Source: an uncultured Verrucomicrobiae bacterium
GTDB taxonomy: Bacteria > Verrucomicrobiota > Verrucomicrobiia > Limisphaerales > Palsa-1400
DNA: 64,000 nucleotides
Reading direction: 5' to 3'
Assembly (NCBI GenBank): GCA_963702845.1
Contig: OY969763.1
Location: 4,448,001 to 4,512,000, forward strand
The translations under genes were made by a program, and so were the position numbers. The notes below the pieces were generated by a model. It saw only the letters and a list, made by a program, of their open reading frames with translations, searched no databases and was not told the origin of the DNA. Shown piece by piece: positions 30,100-39,878 of this stretch (position 1 is its first letter; each line of letters opens with the position of its first letter).

Positions 30100-32790
30100 A
30101 TGAAAACGGGCTTGGCCTTTCGGTTCCACCTTTTGAGCTCAACAGTTCTGATTGTGGCCTTACTTTTCGTCGGCGAGCCAGTGGCCGTGAACGCTCAAAC
30201 TCGGCTTTACGACACTAACCTTATCGTCGTCCGCGTCGGCAACGGAGTCCAAACGCTCAGCACCGGCGGCAACCCAGTTTTTCTCGATCAATTCACCCCC
30301 TCAGGCTCCTACGTCAGCAGCGTTGCGATTCCGGACACCGGGCCTTCAGCCGTCGTGCTTTCCGGCAACACCTTTGTGGATGGTTTCCTGAGCCGCTCCG
30401 CCGATCGCCGCCTCCTCACGCTCGCTGTTTACGCCACAAACTCCCAAAGTGGAGTTAACATCACAAGCAACACCAACGTCCCCCGCTCGGTCATCAGCAT
30501 CGATGCCTTGGGCAACATCATCCACCCGGCTCTCATTAGCACCGACTTCACGGCCACCTGGCGCTCCGCCGTCACCGACGGCAACAACAATTACTGGGGC
30601 ACCGGTTCCTCTGGCGGTGTTGTCTACATGGGAAACGCTTTACCGCACGCCATCATTGAAAACTCCAAACCCAATTGCCGTGTTCTCGAAATCTTCAACG
30701 GCAGTTTATATATGGGCACCGGCTCGACCAATGCCGACGGCAACACTGGCATTTATAAGTTCAACGGACTGCCTACCAGCAGCACCGGATTGCCCGCCCC
30801 CGCCGTGTTCACCAACACCTTCGATCTGCCCAACGTCAGGGGCATCCTGGATTTTGCCGTCAACCCGTTCAACACCATCATTTACTTCGCCGATAACCGC
30901 ACTTACACGTCGCTCGGAGGCGGCATCCAAAGATGGGACTACGACAACGTGCACAGCATTTGGATCAATACCTACCACCTCACCAACGGTCTTGCCGTCG
31001 ACGCACCGCAAAACATCGCCGTCGACTGGAGCGGCCCCGCGCCAGTCATTTTCGCGACCACCATTGGCAACACCGCCAGCGACCAAACCAGCCTTATCAA
31101 AGTCACCGATAACGGCCCCGCATCTCCGTTCACCATTCTTGCGACAAGCGGCACGAGCCAAGTTTTTCGTGGGGTGAAGTTCGGTCCGACGTTGTCGTCG
31201 CCGCTGATAATCGATCAGCCGGTAAATCAATTCAGCGCCGTCGGAGGAAATCCCACGTTTACCGTCAATGTCGCGGGCGCAACTCCGCTCACGTACCAGT
31301 GGCGATTCAACGGCACTAATCTCGGTTTCGCCACCAATAGTTCGCTCATAGTAACGAATGCCCAGCTAACAAATGCAGGCAGTTATCAAGTTATCATCAC
31401 CAACGCTTCCGGCTCTGCCACCAGCCAGACCGCAACACTCACGATCGTCACAAACGCTCCAATAATCACGAGCCTCACCAGCAACGTATTGGCCGAAACC
31501 GGAACCACCGCTGTTCTTTCCGTCATCGTCTCCTCCAGCGGCTCGACTACTTACCAGTGGCAGTTCGGCAACGCTCCGATCAGCGGCGCGACAAATTCGG
31601 CACTGAACATTGCTAACGCGCAATTCGGAAACGCCGGAACCTACTTCGTTCAAGTAGTAAATCAATATGGACTGACATTGAGCCCGCCGGCCACACTCAC
31701 TATGTTCACCGCGCCAACCGACACGAACGTGTTCGTCGGAAGCAACGTCACGTTTTCAATTCAAGTAGTCGGCCCGGCCTCGCCAACGTTTCAATGGCGT
31801 TTTGATGGCCAGGATATTCCGCAGGCAACCGATACTTCCGTTACGATCGTCAACCCGCAAACCACAAACGCCGGTTACTATTCGGTGGTGTGTTCCGTGC
31901 CGGGAATGACCACGCTCAGTTCGGGTGGATTTCTTTCCGTCACCGCCAATCCCACGTCGAATCCGACCGGAGCCATCCCCGCACCATTCGGCTTAATTAA
32001 CTGGTGGCCGTTCGATGGCAATCTGAAGGATGTCTACGGATCGAACGACGCTAGTCCAGTCGCCGGCGTTGTCATCGTAAACGGCGAAGTTGGTTCGGGC
32101 TGTTATTTTGATGCGGCGACGAACACACATTTAAACGTTGATGGCACGCCGGTACAGCCGCCCTGGACCGCGTCGTGCTGGATTTATCACCAGAATACTC
32201 CATGGGTTTCCTCGGCTGTCATCGGTGACAAACTCACTTCGCTGAAACTGGAACAAAACAGGAACACGAGCAAAGTCGGCTTCACGAAGTTCGGCACGGC
32301 CGACTACAGCTTTAACTACATCTCCCCCATCAACACCTGGGTTCATCTCGTTTGGGTCAGCACCACCACCAACACCAGCCTCTACGTCGATGGCGTTTTC
32401 CAGGATGCAGTCGCGAACACCATCAACCTTCCACGCGGTCAGATCGGCGCTGATTTCGGCGGGAACATCGACCACACCCTCGGCGTGATTGACGAACTGA
32501 TGCTGTTTAACCGTGCCTTGAGCGCGTCTGAAATCGTCGCCATCTACAACGCCGGTTCAGCCGGGGTTTTCCGCGTGCCAGAATTTGTTGGTTCATCCGC
32601 CGGAGCCGTCAACCAATTCACCTCCACCATCCGCGGGCTCACGGGCAAAACGCTCTCGGTTTACAACTCGACCAATCTTATCGACTGGCTGCTCATTACC
32701 AACACGCCTAATACAACTGGTTTGTTCCAGTTCAGCGATTCGTTCACACCTGGGGCCAATCTGAAATTCTACAAAGCCACCCAGCAATAA
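30100..32790 (+). CDS. Secreted protein: N-terminal propeller-like domain, three Ig-like domains, LamG domain, C-terminal tail domain
   Basis: Signal peptide; three YQW/FQW...NAGxY Ig repeats; WWPFDGN...IDELMLFNRALS LamG. Confidence 0.85.
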   Translation: MKTGLAFRFHLLSSTVLIVALLFVGEPVAVNAQTRLYDTNLIVVRVGNGVQTLSTGGNPVFLDQFTPSGSYVSSVAIPDTGPSAVVLSGNTFVDGFLSRSADRRLLTLAVYATNSQSGVNITSNTNVPRSVISIDALGNIIHPALISTDFTATWRSAVTDGNNNYWGTGSSGGVVYMGNALPHAIIENSKPNCRVLEIFNGSLYMGTGSTNADGNTGIYKFNGLPTSSTGLPAPAVFTNTFDLPNVRGILDFAVNPFNTIIYFADNRTYTSLGGGIQRWDYDNVHSIWINTYHLTNGLAVDAPQNIAVDWSGPAPVIFATTIGNTASDQTSLIKVTDNGPASPFTILATSGTSQVFRGVKFGPTLSSPLIIDQPVNQFSAVGGNPTFTVNVAGATPLTYQWRFNGTNLGFATNSSLIVTNAQLTNAGSYQVIITNASGSATSQTATLTIVTNAPIITSLTSNVLAETGTTAVLSVIVSSSGSTTYQWQFGNAPISGATNSALNIANAQFGNAGTYFVQVVNQYGLTLSPPATLTMFTAPTDTNVFVGSNVTFSIQVVGPASPTFQWRFDGQDIPQATDTSVTIVNPQTTNAGYYSVVCSVPGMTTLSSGGFLSVTANPTSNPTGAIPAPFGLINWWPFDGNLKDVYGSNDASPVAGVVIVNGEVGSGCYFDAATNTHLNVDGTPVQPPWTASCWIYHQNTPWVSSAVIGDKLTSLKLEQNRNTSKVGFTKFGTADYSFNYISPINTWVHLVWVSTTTNTSLYVDGVFQDAVANTINLPRGQIGADFGGNIDHTLGVIDELMLFNRALSASEIVAIYNAGSAGVFRVPEFVGSSAGAVNQFTSTIRGLTGKTLSVYNSTNLIDWLLITNTPNTTGLFQFSDSFTPGANLKFYKATQQ

Positions 32791-32907
32791 CTTGCCTGCA
32801 CTTTAGCGGGCGACCTTAAGGATCTTCAGCGACTTGCCCCCTCATGTTTCGGGTTCTCCCCTTTGACAGGACCAGTCCCATCGACGACAATCTCAGTATA
32901 TTCACGT

Positions 32908-34380
32908 ATGGCAACGCCAGCCGTTTCCATCAAAGCAAAACTGCGGTCGATGATTGTCCTAAGCAGCGCTGCCGCGTTGCTGCTTACTTCGGTTTCCTTT
33001 GTTTGCTACGAGATCATTAGCTTCAAACGGTCGCTCGTCCGCAACACTTCGACCTTGGCCCAAATCATCGCCGACAACAGCGCCGCCGCCGTAGCTTTCC
33101 AACGCGATGATGAGGCCACGCAGATGTTGGCCGCTTTACGGGCCGACCCATACATTCTCGAAGCCGTTATTTACGACCAGCACAACAAGCCTTTTGCTCG
33201 TTATCAAATTCCGAAAATCACACCAGCCCTCCCCTCGTCGCCCGCATTTACTTCCGGTTATCGTTTCGATGACGGATCACTTATTTACAGCGAACCGGTT
33301 ACCCAAAAAAAAGAGGTTCTCGGCACGCTCGTCCTACGCTGCAGCCTGGTCGCATTGTATCGCCGGCTCGGTCTTTATACGGGCATTGTCGTCACCGTAA
33401 TGGCGGGCTCTCTGCTCATTGCCTATTTCATTTCGCGCTCCATGCAACGACGCATCGCAGATCCCATTCTGGCGCTCGCCGATACAGCCAAGACCGTTTC
33501 CACCCGCAACGATTACACGCTGCGCGCCCAGAAATTGAGCTCCGATGAAGTCGGGCAACTCACCGAATCGTTCAATCAAATGCTGCAACAGATTCAGCAG
33601 AACCGGGAACAACTTCGCTCCGCGCACGCCCAAATCCAGGAGCACGCCCGCGATCTCGAAAAAACCGTCGCCGACCGCACTGCTAAACTTCAGGACACCA
33701 TTGGCGAACTGGAGGCGTTTTCCTACAGCGTCTCCCACGACATGCGCGCCCCGCTCCGAGCCATGAGCCGTTACGCCGAAGTCCTCCTTATCGACGCCGG
33801 CAAAAAACTAGATGGCTGCGAACAACAATATTTGGAACGGATCGTCACCAATGCCAAGCGTCTCGACGCCCTCATCCAAGACGCACTCACTTACAGCCGC
33901 GTTTGCCAGATCGAATTGGAATTGAAACCCGTCGATCTTGCTCCTTTGATCAACAGCATCATTGAGCAATATCCGGCTCTCCATCCCGACAAGGCCGACA
34001 TTATCTGCAAGACTCCCCTGCTCCACGTGCTTGCCCACGATGCTTCGTTGACCCAATGTCTTTCCAATTTATTAGCCAACGCCGTTAAATTCGTCGAACC
34101 AGGTACGCGCCCACACAGCACCATCTGGACCGAGTCCATCGATTCACAAGTGCGCATTTACGTTCGTGATAATGGCATCGGCATTGCCGCCGAAAACCAG
34201 CAACGCATCTTTGGAATGTTCGCGCGCATTAATAGCGACAAGCTTTTCGAGGGAACGGGTATCGGCCTTGCGATTGTGCGCAAAGCCGCCGAACGCATGG
34301 GTGGGGCTGTCGGGATCAAATCACAGCTTGGACAAGGCAGCACCTTCTGGATACAACTGAATGCAGCGACCGCACTATGA
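32908..34380 (+). CDS. Sensor histidine kinase (periplasmic CHASE-like sensor, HAMP, HisKA, HATPase)
   Basis: 2 TM, DEVGQL HAMP, SHDMRAPLR H-box, NAVKF, DNGIG, GTGIGL. Confidence 0.95.
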   Translation: MATPAVSIKAKLRSMIVLSSAAALLLTSVSFVCYEIISFKRSLVRNTSTLAQIIADNSAAAVAFQRDDEATQMLAALRADPYILEAVIYDQHNKPFARYQIPKITPALPSSPAFTSGYRFDDGSLIYSEPVTQKKEVLGTLVLRCSLVALYRRLGLYTGIVVTVMAGSLLIAYFISRSMQRRIADPILALADTAKTVSTRNDYTLRAQKLSSDEVGQLTESFNQMLQQIQQNREQLRSAHAQIQEHARDLEKTVADRTAKLQDTIGELEAFSYSVSHDMRAPLRAMSRYAEVLLIDAGKKLDGCEQQYLERIVTNAKRLDALIQDALTYSRVCQIELELKPVDLAPLINSIIEQYPALHPDKADIICKTPLLHVLAHDASLTQCLSNLLANAVKFVEPGTRPHSTIWTESIDSQVRIYVRDNGIGIAAENQQRIFGMFARINSDKLFEGTGIGLAIVRKAAERMGGAVGIKSQLGQGSTFWIQLNAATAL

Positions 34381-34871
34381 TGCACCAAAGTGTTTTATTA
34401 GTCGAAGACGACGAGAACGACGTGTTCTTCATGCAACGCGCTTTTCGCGAAGCCGCCATCATCACCCCTCTGTATGTCGCCTCCGACGGCCGCGAAGCGA
34501 TCGATTACCTCAGCGGCAAAGGCAAATTCAGCGACCGACGGCAATGGCCTCTCCCCTGTTTGGTCCTGATGGATTTGAAATTGCCCTATGTTCTCGGACT
34601 CGACGTTATCAAATGGCTGCGGTCGCAACCGCAGTTCAAGAGCACCATTGTCGTTGTGCTCACCTCCTCAAAACAGGACGCCGACATCGAGAAGGCTTAC
34701 GCCCTGGGCGCAAATTCCTACCTCGTGAAACCACCCGACGTTCACCAGCTCGTCGCGATGGTCAAACGGATAAAAGAATACTGGATCGAAATGAATCAGA
34801 TCGGCCCGCCGTGCGTTGAGTTTGCGTGCGACAAATCTCCCAGCAAGCCCAGCAGTCCGGGGACGAAATAG
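34377..34871 (+). CDS. Single-domain response regulator (Rcp1-like)
   Basis: LLVEDD, LMDLKLP, LTSS, GANSYLVKP. Confidence 0.93.
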   Translation: MMHQSVLLVEDDENDVFFMQRAFREAAIITPLYVASDGREAIDYLSGKGKFSDRRQWPLPCLVLMDLKLPYVLGLDVIKWLRSQPQFKSTIVVVLTSSKQDADIEKAYALGANSYLVKPPDVHQLVAMVKRIKEYWIEMNQIGPPCVEFACDKSPSKPSSPGTK

Positions 34872-34895
34872 TCCTGCCCGCACGCGGACGCTCGG

Positions 34896-35426
34896 TCACT
34901 TAATGTAACCCGCCAGCTTTTGCAGAGCGGCGCGGCGGCAGGATTCCGTTTCTCCGCGAAACGCCTGCGTCACCGCATCGAACACCAACTTTCTGCCTCG
35001 CACCGGATCGCAAGGAGCCAGCACGATTTTGGCTGGATACCGATATTCCTTTCCGAAAAGCCTCCGCTCAAGCCAAGTCGGTTCGTATCCGGGTTTGTAA
35101 ATAAGAATCGACTCGCGGCTATGCACCGCGCCCTCTGCATAGTTCCACGTCCGAACACCTTGATCGACGAAGCGAACATTCCGCAAGTCGTCAAAATCAA
35201 CGACGATCAGCTTCGGGCTCTTCGGTTCCGTGGTCCCATCCGGCCCCTCCACGCTGCGGCGATACGCGACCAGGATTGCTTTCGCACTCGAGACCATCAT
35301 GTTGGTGGCCCGCGCATCGACAAGGATCGTGTTCACATCCTTGAACGGACGATACACCCGAACCTGCGGCACACAGGCAACCGCCATACCGATCAGTGCA
35401 ATAAATCCGCAACTCCGTAGCGTCAT
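34896..35426 (-). CDS. Hypothetical lipoprotein
   Basis: MTLRSCGFIALIGMAVAC lipobox-like start; IYKPGYEP motif. Confidence 0.55.
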   Translation of the reverse strand: MTLRSCGFIALIGMAVACVPQVRVYRPFKDVNTILVDARATNMMVSSAKAILVAYRRSVEGPDGTTEPKSPKLIVVDFDDLRNVRFVDQGVRTWNYAEGAVHSRESILIYKPGYEPTWLERRLFGKEYRYPAKIVLAPCDPVRGRKLVFDAVTQAFRGETESCRRAALQKLAGYIK

Positions 35427-35486
35427 TCGGCAACGGTGAACTAATCGCCGTTGCCTTGTCAACACGTCGACAATTTCCGTGCACAG

Positions 35487-35523
35487 AAAAACAAAAAGCC
35501 CTGACGCTTGCACGTCAGGGCTT
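35487..35523 (-). terminator. Intrinsic terminator after rplI
   Basis: AAGCCCTGACG/CGTCAGGGCTT 11-bp stem followed by T-rich tract on the minus strand. Confidence 0.85.
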
Positions 35524-35542
35524 GGCTCAAAAATGTTTTAAA

Positions 35543-36196
35543 TTACTCAGCCTTTTTGGCTTTAGCAGGCTTGGCTTTCTTTGCCGGCTTTTCAGCGGAG
35601 GCTTCGGCGGCAGCGGGAGCTTCAGCGGTTGTCGCTTCGGTCTCGCGGGTCTTACGATGACCACGTGATTCACTGCGACGCGCTTCGGCCTTTTCCTTCG
35701 CTTCGGCAGCTTCTTTTTCAGCTTCCGATTGCACGAGCGGCGTCAAGCTTTCCACGCGCACTTTCAAGGTCGCGTGAACTTCAGGATGCAGGCGCAGGTC
35801 AACGTCGTAGTCACCGAGCGCTTTGATCGGGTGTTCAAGGTGGATCTTGCGTTTGTCGAGCGCGATGTCGAATTGCGTCTTCAACTGGTCGGCGATCATA
35901 CCGGCCGTGACCGTCCCGAACATCTTGCCGTCATCACCAGTCTTGACCTGCAAGACAGTGAGCAGCTTCGAAATGCTCTTGGACAATTCCGACATCGTGT
36001 TGAATTCATGCGCTTCGCGTTCCGCACGGCGTTTCTGCAACGCTTCGATGCGGCGCTTATTCGCACCGCTCATCGGAATGGCCAGACCTTGTGGAAAAAG
36101 ATAATTACGCGCGTAACCCGCGGCAACTTTGACCTGATCCGATTCGCCGCCCAGGCCAACGATGTTATGAGTGAGAATGACTTCTGTTTTTGCCAT
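35543..36196 (-). CDS. rplI: 50S ribosomal protein L9
   Basis: VKVAAGYARNYLFPQGLA, KMFGTVT, PIKALG. Confidence 0.96.
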   Translation of the reverse strand: MAKTEVILTHNIVGLGGESDQVKVAAGYARNYLFPQGLAIPMSGANKRRIEALQKRRAEREAHEFNTMSELSKSISKLLTVLQVKTGDDGKMFGTVTAGMIADQLKTQFDIALDKRKIHLEHPIKALGDYDVDLRLHPEVHATLKVRVESLTPLVQSEAEKEAAEAKEKAEARRSESRGHRKTRETEATTAEAPAAAEASAEKPAKKAKPAKAKKAE

Positions 36197-36220
36197 AAAA
36201 AATTTTAGATAAATGTTTGC

Positions 36221-36682
36221 TTAAAACGGCACGTCGTCCGGCTCCTGCGGCGGCATATCCGGTTCCGAAGGTTCAGGCGCAGCAACTGGAGCAGAACTCG
36301 CCACCGGGCGCATTCCACCACCGCCACCGCCGCCGCCTTCACGATTACCACCACCGCCAATGAACGAAAATGTTTCGAGCACGACCTTCAACTTGCTCAC
36401 CTTCTGCTTCGTGTTCTTGTCTTCCCAACTGTCGAGCTTAAGTCGTCCTTCGACAAGCAGTTCGCGGCCCTTCTTCATGTACTGCGCGATAATTTCCGCC
36501 TGTCGGCCCCACGCCTCAATATCAATAAAAGTGACTTCTTCCTTCTGCTCGCCCGATTCGGTCTTCCACTGCCGATTAACAGCCAATCCGATCTTTGCAA
36601 CCGCAGTGCCCTTCGGCGTATAACGCAACTCAGGATCGCGCGTCAAATTTCCTGCGATTATTACTCTGTTAAAACTGGCCAT
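36221..36682 (-). CDS. ssb: Single-stranded DNA-binding protein
   Basis: FNRVIIAGNLTRDPELRYTP, Gly-rich linker, acidic DDVPF tail. Confidence 0.97.
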   Translation of the reverse strand: MASFNRVIIAGNLTRDPELRYTPKGTAVAKIGLAVNRQWKTESGEQKEEVTFIDIEAWGRQAEIIAQYMKKGRELLVEGRLKLDSWEDKNTKQKVSKLKVVLETFSFIGGGGNREGGGGGGGGMRPVASSAPVAAPEPSEPDMPPQEPDDVPF

Positions 36683-36723
36683 ACTTCGGTTCCTCTCTGC
36701 GGACACGGACGTCCGCATTCGGA

Positions 36724-37041
36724 TTACTTCGCTGCGATGACAGCTTCTTTTACCTCAGGCGCGTGGGTGAACATGACGCGGAACACTTCGTCGTTATTGA
36801 CGAAACGGCCACGCAATTGGTTCAGTCCCTCGGGCGTGCTCTCGAACACGATGTTGACGTAAAAACCAGCGGTAAATTTTTTATCGGCGATGCGCGAGAA
36901 AGACTTCTTGTCCATCTTTTGCACCGTCTCGACTTTGCCGCCGGCATTGGTGATTTCGGTCGAGATCTTGTCGATCGTGTCCTTAATCGTTTCTTCTTTG
37001 CCTGCGGTGTTCAAAATGAACAAGCCTTCGTAACGTTTCAT
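36724..37041 (-). CDS. rpsF: 30S ribosomal protein S6
   Basis: MKRYEGLFIL, GFYV; position before ssb. Confidence 0.93.
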   Translation of the reverse strand: MKRYEGLFILNTAGKEETIKDTIDKISTEITNAGGKVETVQKMDKKSFSRIADKKFTAGFYVNIVFESTPEGLNQLRGRFVNNDEVFRVMFTHAPEVKEAVIAAK

Positions 37042-37048
37042 TCTTTTC

Positions 37049-37651
37049 CTATTTTTGAGCGTCTGTTTGGATCGCTCCGTTAAATTTATTCATTGCTTCC
37101 TGCACCCCGGCGCTCAACCAGCATTCTACCTGCTGACTCGCGCGTCCCAGCACTTCTTCAACAACTTTTTTGTCGCTCCCCGCAAATCGGCCCAGCACAA
37201 AACCACTGATCTGCCGGCCATCTTCGGCGCGACGCCCAATCCCGATCTTCAATCGCGCATACGCGCGCGTCCCAAGATGCTGCTCAATGGACTCAAGCCC
37301 ATGATGACCGCCACTGCTACCGTCCGGTCTCAACCGAATCGTGCCCAGAGGCAAATCCGCATCATCCGCCAAAATCAAAATCTGCTTCGCCGGCAACTTA
37401 TAATACTCACTCACCGCCTGCACAGCCTCGCCGCTCGAGTTCATGTACGTCTGCGGTTCGCACAACACAATCCGGCGACCATCCCGGTCAACCTGCGCCA
37501 AACGCGAGTTGAACTTCTTCTTCAACTCCCAATTCGCGCGCCAACTGTTGGCCAACCGTTCCACCAACGCAAAACCCACATTGTGCCGCGTCCCATCGTA
37601 TTCCCTGCCCGGATTCCCCAAGCCGACGATTAAATATAAATTGTCGCTCAT
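37049..37651 (-). CDS. pth: Peptidyl-tRNA hydrolase
   Basis: LIVGLGNPG, TRHNVGF, PQTYMNSSG, GGHHGL. Confidence 0.96.
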   Translation of the reverse strand: MSDNLYLIVGLGNPGREYDGTRHNVGFALVERLANSWRANWELKKKFNSRLAQVDRDGRRIVLCEPQTYMNSSGEAVQAVSEYYKLPAKQILILADDADLPLGTIRLRPDGSSGGHHGLESIEQHLGTRAYARLKIGIGRRAEDGRQISGFVLGRFAGSDKKVVEEVLGRASQQVECWLSAGVQEAMNKFNGAIQTDAQK

Positions 37652-37656
37652 TCGAG

Positions 37657-37706
37657 GTAGGGACGGCGCGCTGCGCCATCCGAACGCCGCATCGCAGCGT
37701 GCCTAC
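37657..37706. repeat. GTAG-type REP/REPIN-like inverted pair
   Basis: GTAGGGACGGCGCGCTGCG...CGCAGCGTGCCTAC between rplY and pth. Confidence 0.65.
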
Positions 37707-37716
37707 CTTTGTAAAA

Positions 37717-38484
37717 TTACTTTTTCTTCTCAGCCTTTGCAGGAGCTGCGGCAGCGGGGGCTTTTTCACCAGCTTTGGCAGCGGGCGCTTTTTCAGCACC
37801 CTTCGCCGCACCGGCAGCAGGAGCAGCACCTTCCGCTCCTTCTTCCTTCTTCTCCTTCGTCATTTCGACTTCGCCCGCAGTAGCAGCAGCGCCTTCCAGC
37901 ACTGCAGCTTCCGCTGCTTCACTGACAGGAGCAGCAACTGAGAACACAGAAATCTTTTTGTCACCAACGAGTTCAAGGCCAGCTTGTGCCTTGATGTCGC
38001 CGATGTGGATCGATTGGCCGATTTCCAGGTGCGACACATCCACCAGGAGCACTTCCGGCAAATCCTTGGCCAAACCGCGCGCCTTCACCTTGAACAACAC
38101 GTGTTCCAACGTGCCGCCGCCGGTCTTCACGCCGGCTGCAATGCCAGTCGGTTCCACCGGAATATTCACCGTGACCTTTTCGTTTTCGGCCACTTCATGC
38201 AAATCAACGTGCAACACCTGGCCCGTCAAAACGTGCTGCTGGATTTCCTTGAGCAGCGCGAGGCGGCTCTTCTTGTCGCCTTCGACCGTGAGGTCGAACA
38301 ACATGATTTCGGAATGCGCTTTATTGACGACGTCTCGAAACGCCTTGCTATCCAATTCGACGCTTTGCGGTTTGTTTTGGCTACCGTAGATGACAGCCGG
38401 AATACGGCCGCTCGAGCGGAGCTTTTTCGCGCCAGCGCGGCGCCCTAATGTGCGAGGAAACGCATTTAATCCAACAGACTTCAT
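37717..38484 (-). CDS. rplY: 50S ribosomal protein L25/Ctc
   Basis: GRIPAVIYG, HVDL, GVKTGGG; Ala/Lys-rich tail. Confidence 0.95.
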   Translation of the reverse strand: MKSVGLNAFPRTLGRRAGAKKLRSSGRIPAVIYGSQNKPQSVELDSKAFRDVVNKAHSEIMLFDLTVEGDKKSRLALLKEIQQHVLTGQVLHVDLHEVAENEKVTVNIPVEPTGIAAGVKTGGGTLEHVLFKVKARGLAKDLPEVLLVDVSHLEIGQSIHIGDIKAQAGLELVGDKKISVFSVAAPVSEAAEAAVLEGAAATAGEVEMTKEKKEEGAEGAAPAAGAAKGAEKAPAAKAGEKAPAAAAPAKAEKKK

Positions 38485-38573
38485 AAATTTTAAAATTTCT
38501 TTAGTCGAACCGATTTTGCGGTTCGCAATTTAATACTACTTCAAATTTTCACCAACTGCCTCGATCACGTCTT

Positions 38574-38612
38574 CAATTCGCAATTCGCAATTCGCAATCC
38601 AAAATCCGCAAT
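38574..38612 (+). repeat. Heptamer tandem repeat (CAATTCG)n, degenerate
   Basis: caattcgcaattcgcaattcgcaatccaaaatccgcaatc in the prs-rplY spacer. Confidence 0.7.
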
Positions 38613-38615
38613 CGT

Positions 38616-39560
38616 CTAGCTCGTCCTTCCGCCCTTGAATTCAAACAGCGAGGTAATCGACGAATTACAATTAATTCGTTTGATTGCCTCGCCCAACAAA
38701 CTGGCCACAGACAAAGTGGTGATATTTACCCCCTCTATACGGGGGCGTAGGACGGTATCAGTCGTAATCAATTCGTCAATATTAGATTTTCGCAATCTTT
38801 CGATTCCCAAATCATTCAAAATCGCATGCGACACACACGCCAGTATCTTCTTGGCCCCCTTCTTCTTCAAAAGCGCCGCCGCATTCACCAACGTCCCCGC
38901 TGTCTCCGTTAAATCATCCACCATCAACACATTACGACCGCGGATCTCCCCGATCACCGCCATTGCCTCCGTCTCCGTCGCCGACTTGCGCCGCTTCGCC
39001 ACAATCGCCAAACCCGCCTCCAACACCTGCGAATACGCATGCGCCATCTTCAAACCACCCACATCCGGGCTGACCACCACCAGATCCGCCAACTTCTTCT
39101 TCTTCAAATAATCATACATAACCGGCGCCGCATAAAGATGATCCACCGGGATATCGAAAAACCCCTGGATCTGTTGCGCGTGCAAATCCATCGTCAAAAT
39201 CCGATTTGCACCTGCTGCCACCAAAAGATTCGCCACCAACTTCGCCGTAATCGGCACCCGCGGCTGATCCTTACGATCCTGGCGCGCATATCCATAAAAC
39301 GGCAACACACACGTGATCCGCATCGCACTCGCCCGCCGGAGCGCGTCCATCATAATGAACATCTCCATCAGGTTATGATTCGTCGGCGGCGACGACGACT
39401 GCACCACGAACACATCCTCCCCGCGCACATTCTCCTCAATCTTGACAAACGTCTCCCCATCCGGAAACGAAGTCACGACCGACTTGCCGAGTTCGATACC
39501 TATCGACTCAGCAATCGACTTCGCCAAAGGCGGGTTCGAAGTACCAGCAAAAATTTTCAT
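38616..39560 (-). CDS. prs: Ribose-phosphate pyrophosphokinase
   Basis: FPDGE, YGYARQDRK, DLHA.QIQGFF, SPDVGG, VDDLTETAGT. Confidence 0.97.
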   Translation of the reverse strand: MKIFAGTSNPPLAKSIAESIGIELGKSVVTSFPDGETFVKIEENVRGEDVFVVQSSSPPTNHNLMEMFIMMDALRRASAMRITCVLPFYGYARQDRKDQPRVPITAKLVANLLVAAGANRILTMDLHAQQIQGFFDIPVDHLYAAPVMYDYLKKKKLADLVVVSPDVGGLKMAHAYSQVLEAGLAIVAKRRKSATETEAMAVIGEIRGRNVLMVDDLTETAGTLVNAAALLKKKGAKKILACVSHAILNDLGIERLRKSNIDELITTDTVLRPRIEGVNITTLSVASLLGEAIKRINCNSSITSLFEFKGGRTS

Positions 39561-39567
39561 ATTGATA

Positions 39568-39635
39568 GTTGGGACGTCGCGCGCTTCGCGGGAGCGAACA
39601 ACAAAATAATTTGTTCAAATCTCACGTCGTCCGTC
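39568..39635 (+). repeat. ~68-bp dispersed repeat, copy 1 (copy 2 at 48693-48760)
   Basis: GGGACG(A)TCGCGCG.TTCGCGG.AGCGAACA.CAAAATAATTTGTTC.AATCTC..GTCGTCCG shared between the two loci. Confidence 0.85.
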
Positions 39636-39650
39636 AAAATTTCATCAGTC

Positions 39651-39698
39651 GTAGCGCAGGTTTCCAAACCTGCTGTATCGCAAGTTTCCAAACTTGCC
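39651..39698 (+). repeat. Double-hairpin REP-like element (GTAGCGCAG...CTGCTGTATCGC...)
   Basis: GCAGGTTT-CC-AAACCTGC and GCAAGTTT-CC-AAACTTGC hairpins; related copy at about 50-92 on the minus strand. Confidence 0.65.
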
Positions 39699-39878
39699 GC
39701 CGCCCGAAACTCAGGCAAATGCAAATCACATCATTCGTGTGAATTCGTGAAACTTCCTGTCTCGGAAAAAAATAAAACCACCAAAAGGTGGTTCGGACGC
39801 AAAACAGTAACAACGAGATTTCGAGACGCAAGCTTGGAGTTTTAGACTATGAAATTTGAAATGTGAAATGTGTAAATG

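Noticed and set aside
39561..39878. tRNA-Gln often found upstream of prs
   Set aside because: No cloverleaf or T-loop GTTCGA in a tRNA context; the region consists of repeats
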